Positions 24,401 to 37,478 are shown, counted from the first letter of the stretch. The stretch is 64,000 nucleotides of DNA from Adineta vaga (GCA_021613535.1 CP075492.1:6200001-6264000); one strand, 5' to 3'. A program made the numbers and translations. Notes: a model not told the origin generated them from the letters alone.

Positions 24401-25426
24401 TTGATTCAATGTTGTTGAATAATTAACATATGAAATGATTGTATTCAAACACGTTTCATGAAAAAAACATTCCGTTGTTGTTTGAACTAATGATTCAATC
24501 GGCTCACAACCCGCATATATACCTGGTAAACTAACTGTTAGGGTTGGTTGTGAACTCATATTATAAAGTATTGGTCTCGGCCATACAGATCCTGCATATT
24601 TATATCGGTTGGTATCAGTATAAATACCTTTTGATATTCTAGATATTGTTTTACTACCATTATAACAATCAAAATTATAATCTTTTGAAAGCGTTTCATT
24701 ATAAATGATGTTAGCTATAACTAATTTTAATTCTAACCGTGTATTTCTTAAAAATTGGAAAACATAGTTTGTTTCTACTGCTGAAAATAATCGATTATTG
24801 ATTGACGCATGTCGAAATAAGTTGACTAGATCTTGGAATAATGGTGGTGTTGTTCGTTTGAATGTTTCAATAAAAGAGCCTGTTTGAATAATAAATGTAT
24901 GATTTGAAACTAATTGTGTAGTTATATATTGTAGTAAATTAAATTGTATTAAACTATCATCAATTGTCTGTTTTGCTTGTTGACATAAAGTTCGAAGAAT
25001 TTGAAATTCTAGAAAAGCACTGTGACGAAAATCAAGTTGATAAAAGTAACTAACATTCTCATAGAAGAGAAAATCAATCCAACGTTGACTAATAAAATCT
25101 GATGAACAAATTTCATGATATTCGACTTTAGGATTAATAAATTTTCCATATGAAATCGAAATATCCTGACATGGACATTCTAAAGTATTGGGATATTGAC
25201 TATGCAAATCTTCATATTGATTATAAGTAGGTTTAGATATTGTAATGATAGTTGTTTGTGTCCTAAATGATGTATATAGAGTGAATGCAAGTAAGATTGT
25301 GATTAACACAATGATATAAATTCGAGTGGACAGAATTTGATTACGGATGGTATGTTCATCATTTATATTATCTTCAAAGAAATTTATATTGGTCACATAT
25401 TGACCAAGCTGTCTGATGCGATGCAT
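21447..25426 (-). CDS. Paralogous three-module membrane protein, 3 exons, 1284 aa
   Basis: Exons 25426-24094, 24024-22783 and 22726-21447 total 3855 nt, joined by phase-1 GT-AG introns. Each exon encodes one complete module with the same motifs as the + strand gene. Confidence 0.85.
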
Positions 25427-25601
25427 TGAGAGAGCAAAAGAAACTGCTACAAAGATGCACTGAAGTGCCGTTTACTCTTTAGAAGAATGTAGTATACATA
25501 TATATATATATACGCATTCAATTGTTTGTTGGAAATAATTTTCCTAAGTTGTGTATGTATTGAAGTAAGAGCTTACAAGTTTTGTTTCTTTTTTTTATCT
25601 A

Positions 25602-25618
25602 GGTGTGTGTGTGTGTGT
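25602..25618. repeat. (GT)n microsatellite
   Basis: ggtgtgtgtgtgtgtgt upstream of the minus-strand three-module gene; (TA)n nearby at ~25494-25511. Confidence 0.8.
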
Positions 25619-26331
25619 TTAATTTGTAAATGTCTTTGTTGATGAGAAATACGTATTTATTGATAGCATCATCATCACTTGAGAGGATTGACGTCATTAC
25701 TTCAAAATATTAATATGAGTAAAAGAAATGGATTTCATATTCTCTTTCAAGGAAAATGTCAAATTAATTTTCAACAAACATAATGTTGTATCAACAGATT
25801 TCGAACGTTACATACTTTACAAAATATTTTCATTGTTTTTAATAATTATTAGAAAACTTTTTTGAATGATCTGTAGAGAAATATGAGTGCAGAAGAGGAG
25901 AAAAATGACGTTGTTAAATAGTATGCTTATAGCATCATGGTCTACCAGCATAAATACATGAGATTTCTTTTTTTTATACATGTTTTTATGAAGAGTGGAT
26001 TCATTATGTGTTTTTATCATCAAACTGATGAAGTTCGATCAATAATTTTGTCGTTAGTGACAAATAATAACGAACTAATCTTTGTCATTCTATATACATT
26101 AGTTTGTATGGTTGCCTGGCGTTAACAACTTTTAGAAAGAAATACTCTCAATGATTATATCTTGATTTATTCATCGTTTGTTAATGTATTTTTCATTTAA
26201 CGATATTAGTACAATTCAAAGTTGTTTTTAATATGAAAAAACTTAAGAAAAAGAATAGTATATAACTATGGCATCGTAAGCACCATGGAATACATTTGTA
26301 CTGTTCTATAAGATTAAGAGAATCTGGCAAG

Positions 26332-26695
26332 ATGAAGTTCATTCTTTTTGTTTTATTCGCTCTTATACTTACAGTCATCGGTAATCCAATCAGTCGAAAG
26401 TTAGAATGCACGAATATTTGAAGATAAATAAAGAAATCTTTTTTCTAGATGTCAATGTAAAGCTGTATCGAATACATATCATGTTCCATATCATTCATGG
26501 ACTATTTCATCATGCAAATTTTGTTCATGCAAAAATGCTGCTATGATTAATTGTGAACAAGCATGTAAGACAATGGTGGAAAGTTATGCACGAACGGGTT
26601 GTGGCAAAGGTATCCAAGGTAGTAAAGTAAAATATTCATGGAAAGCAAGTTCATGTTCAAGTGGCGTGAGCAATGTAGAATATACATGTGCATAA
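26332..26695 (+). CDS. Small secreted cysteine-rich protein (104 aa, 10 Cys), not in ORF track
   Basis: Signal peptide MKFILFVLFALILTVIG. Phase-2 intron 26400-26448. Mature region KCQCKAV...SSCKFCSCK...NCEQACK...GCGK...SSCSSG...YTCA*. Confidence 0.8.
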
Positions 26696-26906
26696 CTATG
26701 AACAGAAAAATACTATGCTTTGCTTTATAATATTATAATAAAATACTGTCCGAATGAAAAAATAGATAGTAGTCATAAAATAATCAGTATGATGCCCAAA
26801 AGAAGAATTGTGATGTTGCATAAATGCAGAAATATATGTATTGGCTTTTTCTCGAATTCGTATTCTGTAAGAAATCAATCGCTCGAATAATTTGTGAGGT
26901 TTTTGA

Positions 26907-28803
26907 TTATTTGGATGATTGATGTCGTCGATGCTTTTCAGCTTCTTGTTGAATCATTGCTTGTTGTACAGAAATCGTCAATGCTGGATTGAGATTTAAA
27001 GCGTATTCCATTAGAGATGTTGACATGTCATTAAAATCAATCATCACCTTGATGTACACTGTGTCATCACGAACGTACGGACTGTTGTCTTGTTGAAGTA
27101 ATGATAATAATGCAAATTTCGGTATACCACTAGCAACATTCATATCGGTTTGAGGACGTTGAAAACTATTGGAATGTAGATCTGGTCGAAATGAGTCGAT
27201 AATATGATTTTTCTGTGCAATTTGATTGTAAAGACAGAAGATTACTTTGTATTGAAATGGATATTTGAGAATAGCGTCGTATTCTCCTCGCATAACAACA
27301 AAAAATAAGGAGACATACGTTCCACGTGCATTTCCATCACCATTTAAATAGATACGAAGACACATCTTATATCCAGTTGCTGAAGTATAAAAAGGTGTAG
27401 AATATATCGATACTTGTTTTTCTGTTCGTGCATCGGCTATAACAAATCATTAGAAACATAGATGATATTTAAGTTCGAATGAATACAATTTCTGAATCAT
27501 TTTTTTTCTCTGACTCATTTTCTCATGAAATGCATTGCAAACTATGACATTGATTCATCAAGACTTACTTATCAAACCTCTTGTCAAAGCGAATGATGAT
27601 TTCTACCACGATAGTGTTACTTGTATTTCTCTAAATGGTCAAAATTCTTTTTGAAAAGGCAAGCATTTCGTTTGAAGAAGACCTCCATCTCTAATCGAAT
27701 CAGTCTGGATTTCTTATCAGTTATGATTCAATGGAAGATAAGGTTTCTCATATTGCGTATTACATACCTATTTTCGTATGAATATCATTGATTTTCCATG
27801 TGAATGTTCCATCATATGTGGTGCTCTCCAGTGCACTAATCTTTCCTTCTAATGATTCGATTTCTGTTTGAAGAGCTTCTTGACTAACTGCAATAGAATT
27901 TAGTACACCATTTTGTTCTTGAATTGATGTCTTCAATACTGAACACTCTTGTGATATACCATCTAGATTCGTTTTATGCCGTGTCGATTCATTAGTAAGA
28001 CGTTTTAGATCACCATTCAAAATATCAACACTTGTGGATAGAACATCAATTGTACTAACAATCTCTTCCAATTGATCAGTATCCATAGGTAACTTATTTT
28101 CAGTCATTGACTGATAAATTGATTGCAAAGGACGAATGATACTCATTAATACTAATTGATGATTTTTTGTGCGATAATGTTCATTTAACTTAGTACGAAA
28201 TATCTAAAAATGAGTTCTATGAAGTTAAATTATAATGAAATAGAACTACGTACGAGATCTGTACATCCAAAATGATTTAAAGGACAATGTATAGTAATTT
28301 TCTCGCAATGATACAATTGATGTCGATTCAGATCATCGATGAAAAGAAATTTTTCGTTACAATAAACACAGATCGGGTTCGAATGTGTTTCATTTAAATG
28401 TTTCTAAGAAAAAGAATTTTTATGTGCAAAATCAAAAAAAATCTAATAGAAAGAATTTACTTGGTAATTTTTCAATTGATTATTCCAATCACAATATGCA
28501 CATGAAATCTGCAATGTTTTCATGTCATTTTGAAAGCCTCGATCGCGTTTCAATTCTTTCCTAGATATTCTCTGATGACATTCTACACATGTAATTATAT
28601 CACTAGAAAGAAAAGCAAAAAAACACTGAAAAAACAAAATTTATAATCAAATTAATTTACTCTGACTGTTCATCAGCACAAGACTGACATAGACGATGAC
28701 CACAATCAGTTAGTTGAATTGGGTCTCGTAATAGTAATGAACATTTTGGACAAATATATATTGATTGAAAAGAATCTATGTTTTGTACTCGTGTTCCAAC
28801 CAT
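26907..28803 (-). CDS. TRAF: TNF receptor-associated factor (RING, zf-TRAF, coiled coil, MATH), 5 exons
   Basis: RING CPKC...DPIQLTDCGHRLCQSC; DRGFQNDM; CPLNHFGC; YDGTFTWKI; MATH domain GYKMCLRIYLNGDG...SFQRP..DMNVASGIPKF. Confidence 0.92.
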
Positions 28804-29639
28804 TTTAGTTCTTCTGATTTGAAATAGGTTCTCTAGACTACTAGTTTGTCGTAATTGATCGAAAAGATATGAGCTGAATCGTTCACATTTGTTAATTTAA
28901 TTCTTTTTTATGTAATTAATACTTAAATTCTGATTTATACCAGTAATCTATATTCAAAATATGTTTAAAATGAATGAAATAACGCATCAATTTATATATT
29001 TCTTAAGAAAAAAACAAACGTAATAAAGATGAGTCACGACATCTTAGTTGGAAAAAACCAACGTTTCTTTTCACGACGTTATTATGTTATTTTTAGCATT
29101 TATGCGTTCTAATTGTGTACTGATTCGTACCTTGAGTTCCGTAGAAGTACTGGATTTTTTCTACAACCATCGACAGATCAATATCGTAATGTTGTTCTAG
29201 AACAAACATAAATAAACAACTTTTTAACCTTAAGTATTAAGTTTAAAGGATGGTAATATTGCACGAGTCATACGTCAAGACTTCTCATAAAAACATGAGT
29301 TTATCAGATCAATTAAGAGCGTTGCATTATTTTTTTTTAAATAAATTTTAGCAATTAAATGCAATCGATATGTGTTAAGAACATCATAGAATTTGTATTT
29401 TTTTCTTAGACGTTATTAAAATTTTATTCAGGTAATTACATTTTAGTAATAGCATACGATCATATGGCTTATCATATTTTTCAGAGAGTGTAGATGAACT
29501 AGGTATGAATGTTCCGTTTATTCAGAATTTGTTTTTTATCAAACCACCAAAAGTTTTAATTGGTTTTTCCATTGCTATTTCTCCCTACTTGCAGAATGTC
29601 AATAAAGTTTTGTGTTTGTTTCGTTCGTAAATGTTCATT

Positions 29640-30960
29640 ACCCAATACATTTGTCAAGATTTCTTTAGCTTTGAGAGCATGCTGTAATGCACGTCTATCA
29701 AGATGATTTTCTGGTAGAGAGATAACCATAATAGATAAGGCTTTATGACAGGAACCCAGAGCTCTCTCGCTATCTTTCCTTGTTGTAGTAAAAGAAGAGT
29801 GATGTTATTCATTTGATACATCAACTTTCCGAATTTCTCCCAGAATGATAAATTTACAAGAAAGTGTCAACGCTTGTATCTAGCCAACTTTTCTAGTTGT
29901 TTATCGTCTGTCTTTGTCAAATTGAGATTAATTCGCCAGATATTTTCATTTGCTTTTTGTATAGAACGAATTCGAAAGGCAGTACCCATTGAGAAGAGAT
30001 ACTCTTTTTCTGTACCTTCGAAGACATTCAAATGCTCGATATTTGCATAAGGAGTTACTGAAGATTCTAATGGATTAACATCGATTTGAAAGAGAACAGC
30101 TACTGTGTCAGGATCGCCCAACGAAGCTTCTGCATAGAAAAGTCCAATATTTTCCTTCACACTTGTCAAGAGAAATGTATTCATCGAGAGTAGACCACCT
30201 CTATTTGATTTTAATTTGTTGAAAATCATCATGAGATAACACTTGCTCTCGACATAATATCAATTTATCACTTTTAAAGCTGCTTTCTGCTGGTAAACAA
30301 CCTAGTTCCATATGAAGATCACGGATAGATCATCGAAATGCATACAAAGTCAGATGTTCTTGAGTACGAAGAGCTTTGTTAATCATTCTATATAAGAAAG
30401 TATCATGCGTAGCATTGTTGATATGATCGTCGATCGAATTCAGAGATAATATTCAATTCAGGTGCGTTATTCTTGTACTGTTCACGTGCAAAATCAATCA
30501 ATTCTCGTCTATAATCGTCGGTTGTTTCCAGTACGAGTTCTTTAAATAATTGAACGTACATGAAAGAGGTTTCCTGTTTATTATTTTTTTGAAAAGAAGA
30601 ATCAAGAGGAGCGATATCAAAACCAGTGGAATCATGTTCAGTCTTGCGAATATCTCTCTTCAATGGTTCGCAAAGAGAAGCAATAGTTTTATAAGTTCCT
30701 TTAATGGTTCGATATTGTTGAATCCATTCTGCTCTAACTCATGATAATCTTTGCTGAAAATATATATGGCGACTAGTTGAACAAAGCTGTAAATTATCGA
30801 TGTTAAAGTTTGACTGAAAGATCTCTCGATATGATGAAATGTATTTTTCATGACGAATACGTGCTATCCATTCAATGGCAAAATTTTCACTAAGTTGCTG
30901 ACGGAGTTGAAAACATTGTCTGTGAGAAGAACTAGTTCTCTGATGTTCTTCCCTATTTTG
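29640..30960 (-). pseudogene. Degraded ART-TPR paralogue
   Basis: Fragments ETSFMYVQLFKEL, GGLLSMNTFLLTS and EKEYLFSMGTAFRI occur in different frames with multiple stops and frameshifts; TPR-like remnants follow. Confidence 0.75.
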
Positions 30961-32675
30961 CGCGTAATCTGTTCTTGTAGATTTATGTAACGAGAATGTT
31001 TGAGCAGCTGTGACTTAAAGTAAAGTTAGATAAGAAGTATATTACTATTTATTTGTTTTTCGTAACACAAGTACGCATTTGACAACACTTTCTACATAGA
31101 AGTTTTCTTTTTGTGACTGTCAATATGTCGAAAATACATAGTGTTAATGCAAATGGATAAAACACGTTACGGAAGACTTACAATTTACTAAATTATACAA
31201 AAATGATGTGAAAAAAGAAATTTTTTATCATGTATGTACGCATATTATCATAAATGTCACAAAAGCTACTCCACGCAACGGATAAATAACTTTGAAGCAG
31301 GGTAATGGTGTCGGTGTGCTTGTTTTCTTTATTCACAATTTGCATCCACACCCACACCCTCAAACTACCTGACTCCCAATAAAATTCATATTTTTGAACC
31401 GTTCACATTTTAAGCAGGCCGTATTTTCTTATTTCATACCTCATAACTCCATCAGAAAGTATCATAAGCGAAACTCTACGGCATCTACCACCTTGACAAC
31501 CATAGCGACGGCAACAACAAGCGTTCTCCAAAAAACTACACATAGCATAAGAACAGATATTCTCTTTTGTCGTATTCTATAACTACCAATTTCCACCAAA
31601 ACATCTGCTTAGCTAATATAACTGCCAGTTTCGTGCTTTCCCCAAAGTAACACTACCTACTGATGTACAAATACTGCTTATGGAACTAATTAACATTGCC
31701 AGGCATCTCCACCAACTGAGAAAGACATACCCAAAAGAAACGCAAACACCAATTCACATTTCCACCTCTATCCCCGAAAATTGTTTAGTTTTCATCAAAA
31801 CACTCAATTAATTCTCTACAAAACAACTTGGACATTGACTTTCTTTCCTATATTTCATCTCATACGATTCTGACACCCACAAAAATAATTCACATTCCTC
31901 CACCGACCCATCCCTTCCTTAAGCCGCTATACAATCTACATACTGAGTTTTCCATCCTAAACCAGCCCAAACGCATCGCACTCTAATCGAGCATATACGA
32001 AGTATAAGTAAAGAATTTATAATCCGAGAAAGAATGCTATCTTCGATACCATTCTTTTTCTCTTTTGCTTGTTTTTCTTCCTATATATGTATATGCGCGA
32101 TATAGTGTACGGCGGTGATTTCTCCTTTTTGTTCTTTTTGATATATATCACACCAGAGTCCTGCAGGCAGGCTCACACGGACTTGTAGCAAGCGTATGTA
32201 GTTATGTACGTAGGAAGAAAAACAGTCCTCTTTTTTTCATCTTTATGATGCAATACATAGAAAAGAAACAACGTAATCACAATGCATAGTAATGTTGACG
32301 TATCTTCACTTTAGAAAAGTATGACGTCAGTTTATGTGAATCATTGACGAATGAAAGAAAAGAACAGGAGAAATCCATTTGATTGAGTATATACATATAT
32401 ATATATATGATCTTTGATACAGACCGTGTAAAAACTTATCTTCATTATTAATATAGATACGTACATGGTATTTGACTCATTATCGAATACTATCTATATT
32501 TCTTTAACTATTCCATAGGCTAAAAAGACTGAGGTGAACTTGGTATATTTTGATGAGTCATATCAGTGTTTGTTTTTGTTCTTCCGACATATTCAGAATA
32601 CACATGTTTAGTGTTCACATTTCGTCTACTTCAAACATATTTTTTTATTTAATATAGGAAACAACACACAGCAAT

Positions 32676-34266
32676 ATGTCGTCACAATCTAATGAGCTTT
32701 CTAGAGATGAAACATCTACTGCTACATACAAGGAAATACGTAAAGTTTTGGACGGACCCAGATATCTTCTGATTATCAAATTACCACTTTTCTTTATCGT
32801 TATTGTACTTTATATCATTTATAAAATTCTTCAACTTATACTCCTGCACTTCCCTTATTTGTGTTATAATGCTGCGAAAATATCAATACAATTTTTCGTG
32901 AAAATTTGTTTCTATACTATCATAATCTGTCAAAGTCTGGTAACAATTACTCAACAATGGATTACACAGTTCTTTAAAACTAAATTATTACCCATGGTAA
33001 TCTTCATATTTGATGATGTTTTTCTTGCCGTTGTGAAACAGATACCATGGATAGTCAGTCTAGTTTTACGAACAGCTACACGATACTATCTTCTATATAT
33101 CATTACACCAGTTTCTACGTTGATAAATTGTGCATTTGACATTTTGTCTAAAACTTCGACTTATGTGTTTATTCAACTTAAAACACCGTGCATACGATTA
33201 TGGCAGATATCCACGAAAATAATGAGTGTACTCATTTTTGATTATATTTGGCCATTTTCCTACAGCGTTACAATAATACTTGTGACAAATATTTACAGTC
33301 ATGGTCTTTTACCATTATATAGAATAAGAGGAGAAATCTTACAAATGACTTATCGTTCATTCTATGAATTTATTTGCTTTATCCTTAAGCATATATCTCT
33401 TGTGATAGAATACCTTTCCCATGAATTCGAAATCATCTCTTATCGACTGCGATGTCTTATATACATTATGTTCAGCTATACATTATCATGTAGAATTACC
33501 AACGATTCTAGTTATAAAGTATATTGTACCTATGGTATGGCATGGACTATACCGATTGGTTCTTATTATTACTGAGACGATGATATATATACTTGAACAA
33601 CTTTACTTCATAGGAAAAGCGATTTATTCTCATGTACTAGATGTCCTAATCACATTCTGCTCAATCATCTATATACATATCTTAAAACCACTGGTGCGAG
33701 TAATAAGATATATTGCACCAGTAATCTGGTACAAATTAAAACAATTGGCCATTGATATTATCGCACTTATACAACATATATATCAGCGTTTATGGCATGC
33801 ATTGTCAGTTATTTACATTCAGTTTATAAAACCTACTCAGCAACTAATAAGTGAGGTCATGCGAATACTTTGGCAAATATTGTATCAATCCGCTCTCAGT
33901 ATTAGTCAGATTGAACCATATATACGTGACTATGTAGTTAATATATGTAACATCGTCTATGTACAATGCCGAACCATTTGTGTTCAAGTCATTACTGATG
34001 TGCCAATCATTTGTGGTGAAATTTATCGACCTACATCAAATTTCATATGGCATACATCGAGTGTAATACATCGATCGCTATATCAGGATATACTACCATC
34101 ATTAGGTCATATGCTTTCTGCAATACGAATAAGTGTTGTTGACATGTTCATGTTGCTGACAACGGTTGTGGCTGCGGTACGGACTATGATAGGAGCAACT
34201 ATTTTGACAGTTAGTTCAACATGGAGAACTATCGGATTGATACTGCGTAACAATAATGATGCATGA
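32676..34266 (+). CDS. Intronless hydrophobic/amphipathic helical-repeat protein with one frameshift at ~33450
   Basis: Two overlapping ORFs of similar Ile/Leu/Tyr/Trp-rich composition; internal repeats I.Y....P....I.YI.P..W..L. Confidence 0.55.
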
Positions 34267-34609
34267 AACTTTTTATTAGTTTAATATTTTTTGATTAAAA
34301 ACAACTTTATATAAGAATAGTTTATACGCGTATTTGTTAGAAATAAAACCATCATATTAATTTAGAGAAAAAATATCTATTCGGAAAAAAATATTTGTAA
34401 CATGTACTTGTTAAATCATCAAAGATAAAAAGTACGCTGTTATCAAGATTTGATTGAAATATAATCTTATAAATGCCAATAATTGAAAAGATTTAAAGTA
34501 TCATTTCATTTCTGTTACATATAAAATATCTAAAATTTGAATTCGGATTTTCATGGTGTATATATACCATTATATGATACACTAGTAATCTAGAAGGTGA
34601 TAGTACAGG

Positions 34610-36133
34610 ATGCGTTCAATAATCATATTTATAGTATCCATTTGTTTGACGAATATTTCATTCATCTCCACTCAAGATCCAATTGGTCTTCGAGTATCTG
34701 CAACTCTACGTGATATTCGATTAGGTACTGCAGTACTCGTTGACAATTTGAAAAACAATGTTGATAGTGGCAAATATATTTCGAATATAAAGAAGAATTA
34801 TCAATGGGTAGTTGCAGAAGTTGGTATGAAACCAAAACAGATATGGTTAAGTGAGAATAGTTACAATTGGGCTGTTGGAGATTGGCTCGTTGGTTCTCCA
34901 TCGAATTCGATCGGTTGGATTCAACAGAATGGATTACAATTGAGAGGACATAATTTACTTTGGCCAGGTGATAACTTTATGCCACCATGGTTACTTCAAC
35001 AAGAATCAACAATAACACCTGATAAAGCGAAATCTCTCTTACAAAATTATATTACTACAGTAGTTACTCGTTATCGAGGCAAAATTGCTGGATGGGATGT
35101 AGTAAATGAAGCGATCGACGATTGGGATAGTAGTCGTCCATTTAATTTACGTGATTCTTTTTGGTTTCGAAAACTAGGTCGTGATTTTATAAAATATGCG
35201 TTCATATTCGCTCATAATGCTGATCCGAATGTTGAATTATTCTATAATGATTATAGTATCGAACGTATTAGCTTAAAAGCAAATCGTACACTTGAATTAG
35301 TAAATTGGTTAAAATCCGAAGGAGTAACAGTACATGGTATTGGTATGCAATGGCATATTGATGTTACGAAAACAGTTACACCTGGTGATTTGTATTATCA
35401 AAATGCTCAACGATTTATTGATCAAGGATATGACATTTTAGTTACTGAACTTGATATATCTGTTCCAATGAGAAATGGAAAACCTATCAATCCAACAGAT
35501 ATTGAAAAACAAGGCGCTCTATATCGTTCACTTCTACAATATGCTCTTCATTTTCATCCGAAATGTCATGGTTTGCTTACATGGGGTTTTACTGATCGTT
35601 ACAGTTGGTTGCCAGCTTTTTCTAACAATACGAAAGGTGATGCTTTACCCTTCGATGCAGCATACCTACCTAAACCAGCTTATTGGAAAATGCAAGAAGA
35701 ATTAGCACGTGTTTTAACTGATGGTACCTATTGTCTTTCACCACAATCACAATCGAATAAATGCCTTGGTGCAGCGAATGATGTTGCTAGTGAAAATGTT
35801 CAACTGTACGATGGTGCATGTAAAACTGATAATCAAAAATGGAATATTACTTGGCTTGGTGATGGAACGTATCGTTTATCTCCAATTAGTATTAATACTC
35901 GTGCACTCAGTGTTTTTAATGTAACTACGACAGTTGGAGGCGTTCAAACAACTATTTGGTCAAATAATATCAATCAAGAATGGGTTCTAACATCGACAGG
36001 TAACAATGTATATCGTATTGGACCACGTAGTGCCTGGTTACGAGTTATAGCTATAGTTAGTGGAACGCAAAACATTGGTATCATTGATTATACAAGTAGC
36101 AATGAGCAAAATTGGATTTTAACTAGTATCTAA
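34610..36133 (+). CDS. Secreted GH10 endo-1,4-beta-xylanase with C-terminal ricin-B (CBM13) lectin domain, intronless
   Basis: Signal peptide; LRGHNLLW; WDVVNE (acid/base); YNDY; GIGMQWH; TELD (nucleophile); WGFTDRYSW; QxW repeats (QKW, QEW, QNW). Confidence 0.93.
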   Translation: MRSIIIFIVSICLTNISFISTQDPIGLRVSATLRDIRLGTAVLVDNLKNNVDSGKYISNIKKNYQWVVAEVGMKPKQIWLSENSYNWAVGDWLVGSPSNSIGWIQQNGLQLRGHNLLWPGDNFMPPWLLQQESTITPDKAKSLLQNYITTVVTRYRGKIAGWDVVNEAIDDWDSSRPFNLRDSFWFRKLGRDFIKYAFIFAHNADPNVELFYNDYSIERISLKANRTLELVNWLKSEGVTVHGIGMQWHIDVTKTVTPGDLYYQNAQRFIDQGYDILVTELDISVPMRNGKPINPTDIEKQGALYRSLLQYALHFHPKCHGLLTWGFTDRYSWLPAFSNNTKGDALPFDAAYLPKPAYWKMQEELARVLTDGTYCLSPQSQSNKCLGAANDVASENVQLYDGACKTDNQKWNITWLGDGTYRLSPISINTRALSVFNVTTTVGGVQTTIWSNNINQEWVLTSTGNNVYRIGPRSAWLRVIAIVSGTQNIGIIDYTSSNEQNWILTSI

Positions 36134-36273
36134 AGAGTATTGTATTGATACAAGCTGTGCGATAGAGATTCTATTTAAATAAACTGGGATACAAAGGTGA
36201 ATGTACATATGTTGTTTTTTAATATAAAATATTTAATAAGAAAAAAAACAGAATTTATTGTTGGAAAATGATA

Positions 36274-36456
36274 TTAATAAAATCCATTATATCCATATGA
36301 TGCACCATATGGACTAGAAAACGCACCATGATTATTAGGATTTCCAAATCCGAAATTGCCATAATGATGATGATGCCACAATTCATAAGCACCTAATCCA
36401 ACAGCACCAACTAAAGCTGCATCAAGAAATGGATGTTGAAGATGATGGTGATGCAT
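36274..36456 (-). CDS. 60-aa His/Gly/Tyr-rich peptide
   Basis: MHHHHLQHPFLDAALVGAVGLGAYELWHHHHYGNFGFG...YGYNGFY; coding-like GC content; TATA-like motif ~75 bp upstream. Confidence 0.6.
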   Translation of the reverse strand: MHHHHLQHPFLDAALVGAVGLGAYELWHHHHYGNFGFGNPNNHGAFSSPYGASYGYNGFY

Positions 36457-37478
36457 GGTATTCAGAAGAATTATTTGATAATTGTCGAATTGAAACAAAT
36501 ATTGAAACTAAGCATTGATATTCGACGTATTTATATAAATATTTTAGGTTATAAATTGAAAAAAAGGCGTAATCAAAGTATTCATGCATGATATTAAATA
36601 AACATTACTCATTTATACGATAACGCCCAGTTATTGCGTATAATATATTACTGAAACCAACTAAGAGTAAAGAACGAATCATATATCACACTCTTCATCT
36701 TCAATACTAAAAGATACATACATCAAACATTATAATATGATTACACATTGTTATTTCCTATCTTTACCTTTCTATCTTTCTCATATTAGATTGATAGATA
36801 CTCGAATCATAGTATTTATTGATAATGTTATGAAATTATTATTATTATGAAAAATCTACGTCAAAATATAGAAAAACAAGAGTAAACAAAAAGAAATGAT
36901 ATTGTCAATAGAACAATTTAAACGAGCGAATGATCGATATTGTTTATCATATCAAATAGATGTGACTAAACTAAAGTCAAGAGGAATATTCTTCTTATCG
37001 ATGATAAAACTTTCAAATCATATAGTACGATTTACTTTCTCAAACTACTGAAAATATTGCTTCATGTACAAAAAAATAGTACTTATTCCTTATAAAATTT
37101 GTTCGTAGACATCAAATAAATATCGTTGCATTCTATTACGAATATCACGTACTTCGAACGAACTTTATCCCTATCGATCGTTAACTATGATCTACAATTA
37201 TTTTCCTTTCTATATCGAATAGATACATGTTTCTATACATATATCTATATATATGACACATATCAAGGGATTGAAAGCAAAATCAGAAATGAAAAAATGA
37301 TGTCATTTTACAAGTAATCACATATCGAGGGATGACAAAGTTTGTATCTTTATAAAGACCGTAAATATTTGTCATTTTCCAGTTGGATCTAACATGATTT
37401 AATAAAGATCTGTTCGTTATTGATATTTCAGATATTTTCATATTGTATTCGTCAAGTATCAAATCAGAAGATAGTAAG

